A stretch of DNA of 64,000 bases from Mobula hypostoma (lineage: Eukaryota), in contig NC_086108.1 of NCBI RefSeq assembly GCF_963921235.1, forward strand, positions 6,200,001 to 6,264,000, given 5' to 3'. Under the pieces are notes generated by a model. It had not been told where the DNA came from, did not search any database, and worked only from the letters and a program-made list of their open reading frames with translations. A program made the translations under genes and the position numbers. Shown here piece by piece: positions 40,201 to 52,200 of the stretch (within the stretch, counting starts at the first letter, position 1; each line of letters opens with the position of its first letter).

Positions 40201-43200
40201 TGGTGACTAAGAATCGTGAGCCCTGAAATCTTTGTGGAAGTCTGCAACTTATTACATAGTATTTCAAGTGGTTTATTTGTGCTTTCTATTTTATGATAAC
40301 ATATTAAGCTTAGGTTACTTCGTTGTGCTTGTATGCTCATTACCACATCTCCTAGGCACTTGAATTGTTTTGGGTCTTATGGGTCTGATCAACCCAGTCC
40401 TTTACAATATCCCAACTCCTACAATTACCTGACTGATGAAGGCCAGTGTGTGAGCCTTAGGACTCACTCCACCGGGTTCAGGAATAGACATCAAAGTTGC
40501 TGGTGAACGCAGCAGGCCAGGCAGCATCTCTAGGAAGAGGTACAGTCGACGTTTCAGGCCGAGACCCTTCGTCAGGACTAATTGAAAGAAGAGCTAGTAA
40601 GAGATTTGAGAGGGGGAGGGGGAGATCCAAAATGATAGGAGGAGATAGGAGGAGACAGGAGGGGGAGGGATGGAGCCAGGAGCTGGACAGGTGATTGGCA
40701 AAAGGGATACGAGAGGATCATAGGACAGGAGGTCTGAGGAGAAAGACGGGGGGGCGGGGGGAATCAGAGGATGGGCAAGGGGTATTCAGAAGGACAGAGG
40801 GGGAAAAAGGAGTGTGAGAGAAAGAAAGGGTCTCGGCCTGAAACGTCGACTGTACCTCTTCCTAGAGATGCTGCCTGGCCTGCTGCGTTCACCAGCAACT
40901 TTGATGTGTGTTGCTTGAATTTCCAGCATCTGCAGAATTCCTGTTGTTTCAGGAATAGGTATTACTCCTTAAAAATCAGGCTGACATGTATGTACTTTGA
41001 TAATAAGTTTACTTTGATCTTTGAATTTGGGGCAGCACTAGACACAACTACTGCAAATACTGTGAGATGTTGTTGAAGAAACTGCACCAAGTGAATCCTC
41101 GATTTCTTCACTTACTGGCCTCAGTCCAGAATCAGTTTGAAATTTGAACTTTTTTCACTAACCTGTCCCTCTGTTATGCAGCTTTCAATGAACTGTGACT
41201 TGTACCCCTAGATAGTCAGGAGAAAATCTGCAGACCTGCAAATCCAGAACAACACACACACACAAAATGCTGAGGGAACTCAGCAGGTCAGGCAGCATCT
41301 ATGGAAAGGAATAAATAGTGGACATTTTGGGCCGAGACCCTTTATCAGGATTCTTTGTACTCCTAGGGCACATTTTGCTGGTGTCTAGTTTTGTTGTTCT
41401 GCTGAACATTGTGGGCATGTTATGCTGCAGTCAGAATGTGTGGCAACACTCAGGTTGTCCCCAGCCCATCTTTGGGCATATTGGCTGTTAACACCAATTA
41501 AGCATTTTACGGTATGTTTCAATGTTCACGCGGTGAATCTGAATCTGAGGTCCTTCTGTTCCACCACACTCCCTAGTGTCCTTCTATTCATTGCACAGAT
41601 CCTTGGATATATATCAGTATTCCTTCATCAACATCATCATTATGTGACATGTTATGTGATATAGGCCAGGGGTCCCCAACCTTTTTTGCACTGCGGACCG
41701 GTTTCATATTGACAATATTCTTGCGGACCAGCCCGGCCGACTGCGGGGGCGGGGGTGGGGGCGTGGGTAGGTTTGGCAACGGACAAGAGTAGCAGTCAAA
41801 TACGTTGGGTTTACCCCAAAAAAGACTACAATGACCATGAAGCCCTGCGCGGGCATCAGTGCGCATGTGTGACTTGCGCATGCGTGCACGTGCCGATTAT
41901 TTTTCTACAAATCGTTTTTGGCGATTCTGTTCGCGGGGGGGGGGGGTAATCACGACCAGAATATCAGTGATAAGTGGCTAATACACTCAATTTCATTTCT
42001 AAAAGGGTTTATCTAACAAATTTAATATTAAACATACAGCACATATTTTCCTCGCATGAATATAGCGAAAAGTCAATTATCAGGGGAGAACAGGGAAGCT
42101 TGAAGTAAGTGTTGCACTTCTGGAAGTGGCAGAAGCAGGTTCGATATTATCACTTAAAGTTAAATTGGATAGCTATATGGACAGGAAAGGAACGGAGGGT
42201 TGTAGGCTGAGTGCAGGTCGGTGGGACGAGGTGAGAGTAGCGTTCGGCACGAACTAGAAGAGCAGAGATGGCCTGCTTCCGTGCTGTAATTGTTATATGG
42301 TTATATAAGCCAATAGCATCATAACATTTTAAGTAACGTTTGGATATTGAACACAGCGCATATTTCCCCCTATGAACATATAAAATCATTGCAACGCACC
42401 AATATCGCTGAATCAGTGGGAGCCCTGGGCTCAAGACGGTCCTATCGAGGGGTGATGGGCGACAGCGATACTCGAATGGGGTTCCTTATGTCCAGTCTAT
42501 TCCGCAATTTAGTTTCCGTTACATTCACTGCAGAGATATGTTGGAAATGCAAGCAACGTTTTCGGTGCTTCCGTGTCTATCTCAGGATATTTAGCCTTGA
42601 CTTTGATCCAGGATGCCGGCAGAGATGTTATGTCAAACAGACTTTTCAGCCCGCCGTCATTTGCAAGCTCGAGGAGTTGATCTCCTTCCCGCGCTGACAT
42701 GGACACGTAATGACCTCGCGTGCATAATGGCTCAACATTGGGCGTGACAGGGAATGAGGAAAGGTGCAGCTGATTCATATCGCCAAATCATATTGTTTCC
42801 TCGCGGCCCGGCAGGGAATGAGGAAAGGTGCCGCCCATGACAGGGAATGACGAAAGGTGCAGCTGACTCATATCGCCAAATCTATATCGTTTCCTCGCGG
42901 CCCGGTAGTGCATGCTCTGTGGCCCGGTACCAGTCCGCGGCCCGGTGGTTGGGGACCGCTGATATAGGCAATCGTGGTCCCTTGACCGTAAGCGTTTTGG
43001 AAATTTTTTCTGCAGAACTGGTTGTTATTACCTTCTTCTGGGCATTGTCTTCAGAAAATGGGTGACCCCAACCATGATCAATATTCTTTGGAGATTGTCT
43101 GCCTGGTGTCAGTGATCGCATAACCAGGACTTGTGATATGCACCAGCTGCGCATACGACCATCCACCACCTGCTCCCATGGCTCTCATCCCTTACACCTC

Positions 43201-46200
43201 CTTTGGTAGAGAGGTATCTCAACCGCGATACCCATGTTCATTGTCACGTTCTAAATCCTGGAACACTCTTCTCAGGCAGCATCGTGGAAGTAACATCAGT
43301 GTACAGGATACTCAGCGCTATCTTCTCAATGGCTTGGGTTTCCACCAGGTGCTCTGGTTTTCTCCCACAGTCTGAAGACATATGGGGTAGGAGGTTAGCA
43401 GAACAGAGGGAGCTGAGAATTCATCTAAAATGGTGGCAAATGTAGAGAGGGTTGTAAAGAAAGCTTTTGGCATATTAGCCCTCATAAATCAAAGTACTGA
43501 GTGCAGGAGATGGGATGTCGTGTTGAAGTTGAATAAGATGCTGCTGAGGCATAATTTGGAGTACTGTGTACAGTTTTTGTCATCTACCTATAGGAAAGAT
43601 GGAAATACGATTGAACAAGTATAGAGAAAATTTACAAGGATGTTGCCAGAACTGGAGAACCCAAGTTATATGGAAAGATTCAATAGGTTAGGATTTATTC
43701 TTTGAAATGTAGAAGATTAAGAGGAGATTTAATAGAAGTATAGACAATTATGAAGGGTATAGACACAAAAACTCTAAGTGGACTTTTTCCACTGAACTTC
43801 GGTGGGACTACAATCATTGCTTAAGGGTGAAAGGTGAAAAGTTTAAGGGAAACATGAGGGGAAACTTCTTCACCCAGAGTCAGAAGAGCATGGTATGAGC
43901 TGCCAGCACAAGTGGTGCACACAAGCTCAATTTGAGTGTTTAAAAGAACTTTGGATAGGTACATGTGTGGTTGGGGTACTGAGGGCTACGGTCCAGGTAC
44001 AAGTGCGAATAGGCAGTTTAAGCAACATACATCAAAGTTGCTGGTGAACGCAGCAGGCCAGGCAGCATCTATAGGAAGAGGTGCAGTCGACGTTTCAGGC
44101 CGAGACCCTTCGTCAGGACTAACTGAAGGAAGAGTGAGTAAGGGATTTGAAAGCTGGAGGGGGAGGGGGAGATGCAAAATGATAGGAGAAGACAGGAGGG
44201 GGAGGGATAGAGCCGAGAGCTGGACAGGTGATAGGCAAAGGGGGTACGAGAGGATCATGGGACAGGAGGCCTAGGGAGAAAGACGGGGGGGGGTGACCCA
44301 GAGGATGGGCAAGAGGTATATTCAGAGGGACAGAGGAAGAAAAAGGAGAGTGAGAGAAAGAATGTGTGCATAAAAATGAGTAACAGCTGGGGTACGAGGG
44401 GGAGGTGGGGCCTAGCGGAAGTTAGAGAAGTCAATGTTCATGCCATCAGGTTGGAGGCTACCCAGACGGAATATAAGGTGTTGTTCCTCCAACCTGAGTG
44501 TGGCTTCATCTTTACAGTAGAGGAGGCCGTGGATAGACATGTCAGAATGGGAATGGGATGTGGAATTAAAATGTGTGGCCACTGGGAGATCCTGCTTTCT
44601 CTGGCGGACAGAGCGTAGATGTTCAGCAAAGCGGTCTCCCAGTCTGCGCGTGGACTAGAAGGGTCAAAGGGCCTGTTTTGTGCTGTACATTTCTACGACC
44701 CTATTAATTGGTCATTGTAAATTGTCCTGTGATTAGCCCAGTATCGGGGCTGTGCGGCTCCTTGAGCCCGAAGACCCTGTTCCGCACTGTTATTTCTAAA
44801 TAACAAATTAAAATTGTAACTAAGAACAACCAGCAAGTGCCATCTCTTTCAGCAGCATTAACAACCCTAAATGTAAAAATAACAGAAATATTCAGATTTC
44901 AAGAGATCAGAAGCAGCAACAAAATAACTTGAGTTAAATTAAAAATTCTCTTACCATAGCCGTCAGAGATTTTTTCCAAGACGGGTAAGAGATATCGGCC
45001 GCTGAAGTCACGCCCATGGCCAATAAGGGCCTCTCTTATAGCCTCGGTACCACACACCACCACCGCAGGGAAGCTGCTGAACCAGAAGATGAACACGGGG
45101 CCATACTGTTCACTCAGCTGTGGTGATACAATGAATGTATATTGTTTTTTAACATGCTATACTCCATACGATGTTCGACAATCAATTTAGCTGGAGGAGA
45201 GTTAAGACCCATAACAATTTTCCTTTCAGAGACCAAACGGCTTGAGGCACAGAACTCTATCTGTCAATAGGGAGCGGATGACGAGTTTGTAAAACTGGCC
45301 AGAGAAAAGTATGTTGGGAATGGTGAGGGTGGAGTGTCCTGGGACGGGTGTGGGACAGGTGGCAGAGAAGGAGTGCCAGGAGCAGGGGGTGGCGTGGGTG
45401 TAGACGCATCCAGCCTTGAGACCCCAGGCAAGGCGATCTGGTTCCAAACAATCGTTTTACTGATTATTATAGAATGTTTCTCTGGTGCTTCCCAATCCCT
45501 CCCCTCTTCCCAACTGCAACTCCCCTTTCCCACTCCCAGTCCACAATAAAGACCTATATCAGAACAAGGTTACATCACTCACATATGTCATGAAATTTCT
45601 TCTCTTTTTGCGGCAGCAATACAGTGCAATATGTAAAATCACTGCAGTACTGTGCAAAAGTCTTACGGACCCTAGCCATGCATATGTGTCTAAATATTAA
45701 TGTTTCGATGTACATGTGTTGAATAAGTTCATATGAAATCTGACCAACGCAGTACAAGGATGTGCTGGGGGCCGATCGCAACTGTCACCATGCTTCTGGC
45801 GCCAACATAGCACGCCCACAACTTACTAACCCGTACGCCTTTGGAATGTGTGGGAGGGAAATGGAACACCCGGAGGAAACTCACACGGTCTCGGAGAGAA
45901 TGAACAAATGGCTGGAGGAAATCAGTAGGTCAGGTAGTATCTGTGAAGCAAATGGACAGTCCACATGAAGGTTCTCGATTTGAAACATTCACCGTCCAGT
46001 TCCCTCCGCAGACACTCTGTGACCCACTGAGATCCTCTAGATACAAGCATCTGCAAGCTCTTGTATCTCAAAGTGATGCAGAGCTACCCAATGAACTACT
46101 GGAACTATCAGAACTGATGACCAAACTTCTGTGTCTCTCAGAGGAGACATTAACATCCTCAAAAATTGATAGCTCAAGAAGGCAGCATCCGTCATTAAGG

Positions 46201-49200
46201 ACCCACACAATACTGGACACACCCTCTTCTCATTCCTTCATCATGGGCGCTAGGCTTCCCACCCCTCAAAAGTTGATACCCTAGATGCTGGCATCCATCA
46301 TGAAGGACTCTTGCCATCTGGGACACGCCCTCTTCTTATTTCTCCATTATGGGTACTAGCCTTCCCACCTTGGAGGACATCTTCAAAAGTCAAAACCTCA
46401 AGAAGGCGGTGTCTATCATTAAAGACCCCCTTCTCATTACCACCATCAGGGATGAGGTACAGGAATCCACCATCAGATTTCTGTACTGTCCAAGAACATC
46501 ATCTCACTATTCCGCTTTGCCACTGTTTCTTTTTTTGGCACTCAATCCCTCCACTAGCCTGCAGGTCACTCTTGAGGAAGGTGTAGCACCTACTTATCCA
46601 CCCCCGGCCCCCGCAATCAGGGTCACAGAAGCCATGGCACCGGCTGGTGGAAGGTCTTCTAAGCCCAATCTGTGACCACTGTCACCAGGCAGACAACCAG
46701 ACAATTTCTGAAGGGTATTGATAAAGACTTGGGGGAAGAGAAGAAATCACCCTTCTTGTAAAGACATTGCCCAGTAGAAGGCAATGGCGAACAGCTTCTG
46801 TAGAAAAATTTGCCAACAACAATCATGGTCATGGAGACGACCATGATCATCCACGTCCTACAACACAGCACAAAATGAATGAGTGAGCAATTTTTATTTC
46901 TTACACTGTACCACTGCCACAACAAATTTCATGGCATATGTCAGTGATAATAAAAACTGGTACTGATGGTCAGTTCCAGAATTTATAGCCTGAACGTCTG
47001 AAAACAAGTCTTCGCAGTCTGACTACTTGCCGGTGCACGCAGGGTGACCATGAGTATAAAAATCATAGAGCAATATAGTGCAGTATGGTGCCCACCCTGA
47101 TGGTCTCAATTTCCTGCATTTGGCACAAGCTCTACCCCTCCATGTATCTACCCAACTGCTTCTCAAATTGTACCTGTTTCAACCACTTCCTCTGGCAGCT
47201 TGTTCCCTTCACTCACCACCCTCTGCTCCTTCAATTGAATGGCTAGAGCAATGGGCTAGAAATTCATTGGGGTTTCCAAAGTTCAAAGTACATTTATCAT
47301 CAAAGTATGTGTACATTATGCAATTTTGAGGTTCATTTCCTTATAAATATAAAGGCATCCGTTAATCTTGCAAGACCATGGATCTGTGCTTGGAAAGTCT
47401 TCACTTTTTCTCCAGGACGCAGGCCTGGGCAAGGTTGTATGGAAGACTGGCAGTTGCCCATGCTGCAAGTCTCCCCTCTCCATGCCACCGATGTTGTCCA
47501 AGGGAAGGGTATTAGGACCCATACAGCTTGGCACCAGTGTCGTCGCAGAGCACTTTGTGATTTAGTCCCTTGCTCAAAGACACAACACGTTGCCTCGGCT
47601 GGGTCTCGAACTCACGACCTTCAGGTCGCTAGTCGAACGCCTTAACCACTTGGCCACGTGCCCACACATGCAGCCATAAAACAAAAGAAACCCAGTTTAA
47701 AAAATCCAACAAACACATGCAGAGAGGGGTAAAGAAAATCAAATCGTGCAAACAAGAAAAACAAGCAAGCAGCACTCAGAACTAAAGTGAGTCCATAAAC
47801 ACGAAACCCAGAGCAGGCCTACAGCCTCAGTTCAGCGCATAGTGTAGTAAAGGTCTCAGAGCCTGCAGGCAGGAAGCCCAGAGCCGGCCCACAGCCTCAA
47901 CTCAGTGCAGCAGAGAGTGGAGCAAACGTTGCGGAACTGCGAGCTGAACCGGCCCGACTCTTGCCTTCGGTCCCGACACCCTGTCTTTTCAATCCATCTG
48001 GCCTGGCATTTAAATCATCCAAACATCAAGCGTTCTTCGCACAAGGACCCAGGCCCTAACACAGCGATACAGTCGGAGTCTGGACATCACCGCCATGTTT
48101 CAGGCCGAACCTGACCTTTCCTGACTCTGACTTTTCTCTCTGCTCCGCTTGGTCCAACTCAGTCTCCTACTCCGTCTCAAACATGCCTCAGTCTCGCTCT
48201 GACCACTTCTGCTCGAATGCCCTCGACTTCACTCACACCTGCACGCCTCAACCCTCTAGAGTGAAGAACAAACCAGTGTATTGGACGATTTAAACATCCA
48301 AATGGGTTCAGAAGGCAGGGTGTTGAGACCAGAGATGTGGCTCGGGCTGAATGTACACACTGCTCCGTTATGTTTACTCGGCTCTGCACTGAGCTGAGGC
48401 TGAGGCTGAGGCCTGCTCCAGGCTTCATGTCTTCACTCTGAATGCTAATTGCTGACTTTTATTATTTGCATGATTTGTGGTTTTTTTACCTCTCTGCGTA
48501 TTGGGTGTTGGACCATCTTTTTTAATAGGTACTTTCGGGATATATTTGTTTTGTGACTGTCTGTTACAGATGAATCTCAAGGTCGTATAACGTATACATA
48601 CTTTGATAATAATTATACTTTGAACTTTTTTGGGGATAATTTTCCTTTGGACAGCACGCTATTTGGTGTAACACTGTTATAACATCAGCGACCTGAGTTC
48701 TGTTCCCGTGCTGTCCAGTACGTCAAACTTACCTTTACTCAGACCATTTCACCAAGTAATCCAGACCTCAGACCATTGTTTATTGTAAAAAAGTAAATTT
48801 TACTCTCTTCAGCATGAGTTATACAGTAACAGCACATTGAAATGTTAACCAAGATGCCCTTCTAAGCTATAAACATAAGAAAGTCTGCAAACATTGGAAA
48901 CCCAGAGCAACATGCACAAAAGGAGGAGAAGATGGCGACACGACGGCAGTGCACGCGGCCTCTCTGGTGATGAATATCTGTTATCTGTCAAGTAGGGGAC
49001 CATGCACAATTCTGATTTGATGGAGACGGATGTGAGAGTATGGAGGAACATCTGGAAAACTTCTGAAATGCCCGCTTCGCTGCCGCTGCTACTGTGTGGT
49101 AACCGGAATCTCCGGAGCAGAAGGCCCCGAATCCTTGGCTTTGCTTGTTTCAGTGGCTGGAATGAGGTCGCAGGCGCTCAGCAGAAGATGGCACTCAGGA

Positions 49201-52200
49201 GGCTGTATCGGAGGGGCTGGTTGGAGGCTCAAAATTTTCGGACAGAGGGACTTAGTGTCGGCTGCCTCCAAGGCATCGGCAAGATGTCGGTGCCTGGAGG
49301 TTTATGGCAGGGAGTTTCTCCCTTTTGCCGCCTACTATCGGGGACTTGGGAGTCGATCAACTCAGGAGCTTTGAGACTTTTTTTTTACTGTGCCCATGGT
49401 TTGTTCTTCATCAAATTATGGTACAGGTTTCCCCCGCCATCCAAAGGTAGAGCGTTCCTATGAAACAGTTCGTAAGCCAGAATGTCGTAAAGTGAAGAAG
49501 CAATTACCATTAATTTATATGGAAAATATTTTTGAGCAGACCCAAAAATAATCTACCAAATCATGCCAAATAACACATAAAACCTAAAATAACAGTAACA
49601 TATAGTAAAAACAGGAATGATACAATGAATACACAGCCTATATAAAGTAGAAATACTTTTCCACAATCATTGCCGCACTGTTCTCTGTAGCGAAAATCTC
49701 ACGCAAGCGCTCTCGGCAGAAACACGGTGCAAGCACCATTGGCAAAAAGCACTCTCTCCAGTAACCTTTAAGCTATGAAGCTGCCAAATCATACCAAATA
49801 ACACCTAAAAATACACAACCTATATAAAGTAGAAATAATGTATGTACAGTGTAGTATCACTTACGGGAATCAGGAAGACATCAAGCACACAGATGATGGT
49901 GTGTTAGGCTGAGTCGTCGGAGGTTGGGGTGTTGCAGTGCCCCCACCCTTCAGGCAGCGAACTGATGCCGATCTACGAAGAATGCAGGGATACGGCGGTG
50001 GCTGGAACGCACCCAGCACATCTTTAAGAAAAAAGCCGAAACAAACAAGCTAATTAATTAGGTGCCGCCTGGCACGTAAATGTTGGCCCAGATCAGAGGC
50101 GACGCAATTGGCAATCACCTCTGATCTGGGCCGACATTTACATGCCGGGCAGTACCTAATTAATTAGCTTGTTTATTTTGGCTTTTTTTCTTCAAAGTGC
50201 GCTGGGTGCTTCCCGGCTACTGCTGCATTCTCCGCAGCAATGTATCAGTTTGCGGCCTGGGGGTTGGGATGGTGGGACACTGGGGTGTCATCTCATTGTC
50301 GTCTGTGTCCATCAGGGCAGGCAGGTCATCTTCTACTATGTCTGCCTGCCTCGATGTCAAAGGTCAAGGTTCGTCGTCTGCTGTGGCTGATGTGGAAGGC
50401 TTGAAAAACGACAGTATGCTTGACTGCTTAGCCTCGCGCATTTTTCTATCATACAGTTCTTTGTAAGCACTCAAACCATCCTGCAAATATACCCTAAACC
50501 AACGTACCCTTTCAAAATTAAAGTCGTACTTTATCAATGCAGCGAAAATCTCACGCAGTTGCTTCATGTTCAGTTTTTGGACGACTTCACTTTCGGTCCA
50601 TTCGCTACTGTATTCGGTTTTGATTGTTATTCTTTCCTCTTCCAAATGTATCAGCTCTTCATCTATCAGTTCTTGGTCATGAGATGCCAAAACCTCTTCA
50701 ACATCATCTTCGTCAACTTCCACAAGCCAAACTCACTTTGTCCTTGCTTCGTTCACCACGATCAAAATGCTTAATTATGTCTAGTTTTATGCTAAGTGTA
50801 ACACCCTTACGAGCTCTTTCAGGCTTTTCCGATACCTTAGAACTCATCTTGGTAACGGCTGCTCGCAGGCACGTGTTTAAGCAATGCCGGCGAGAATGCC
50901 GTTCCGAATCCGGGGGGGGGAGCGGCTGCTCGGGGCGCGCGCTGACTTTTTTGCGCACTGCTTTTTCCATGTGCTGCTTTTTTTCATAACAGTGAAAACA
51001 CCTTCTGTTAGCGAAAACAGGTAACTAATGTAGGTCTTTCATAACAGCGAGGTTTCATAAAGCAAAGGTTCGAAAAGCGGGGACACCTGTATTGCTTTGC
51101 ACTGCTGTAACTATATGTTATAATTATGTGGTTCTGTCAGTGTTAGTCTTTGGTTTGTCCTGTTTTCTGTGATATCACACTGGAGAAACATTGTATCATT
51201 TCTTAATGCATGTATGCATTTCTAAATGACAATAAAAGAGGACTGAATGTCTCATAATCTAAAAAAAAATGATGGAGGAATTCAACAGGTCAGGCAATAT
51301 TTATGTCCTGGGTCGAAACATCAACTCTTTCTTTCATTCCACAGATGCTGCCTGACCTGCTGAGTTAGTTCCACCAGCATTTTGTGTGTGTTGCTCTTCT
51401 AAGCCAGTCTCATTAGTGGCACAGTAGTGTAGCAGTTAGCACGCAACTATTACAATGCCAGCGGCCCAGGTTCAATTCTCATTTGTATCTTCTCCCCATA
51501 ACCGTGTGGGTTTCGTCCCATGTTCCAAAGAATATGTGGGTTGCGTTCATTAGTCACAGGATAGTGCAGATTCACTGGGCTGGGAGGACCTGTTGCTGTG
51601 CTGTATCTCAAAACAAATAATATTCTTTTCTCACTGCCCCCATCAGGCAGAGGTATAGGTGCGAGTTCTGAGCTCCCACCAGCTTCAGGAACAGTTACTA
51701 CCCCTTAATCATCAGGCTCTTGAATCAAAGGGGATAACTACACTCACTTGCCCCATCATTGAGATGCTCCCACAACCAATGATCTCACTCTAAGGACTCT
51801 TTATCTCATGTTCTCGTTATTTATTGCCATTTATTTATATTTGCACAGTTTGTTGTCTGATCCTGTTATAGTTACAATCCCAGAGGCTTGCTGAGTATGC
51901 CTGCATGAAAATGAATCTCAGGGTTGTACAATATATGCAGACATATATGCACTTTGATAATAAATTTACTTTGAACTTTAAAGTCTCCTGCACCTCAGAA
52001 TCAGGTTTATTCTGACTGGCACATGTTGTGAAATTTGTCGTTTAGCGGCTGCAGTCCAGTGCATTAAAATTTCTATAAATTACAGAAAACCATAAGTATA
52101 TTACATATTATTATATATTATCGATTATATATAAATATTATATGTAATGTTGAACCAATAGGTTGGCACAGTAGCAAGTGGTCAACACAATGCTCTACAG

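Noticed and set aside
40425..40455. CTGATGA suggesting another hammerhead
   Set aside because: No properly spaced GAAA or stems; the context resembles a minus-strand CR1 remnant.
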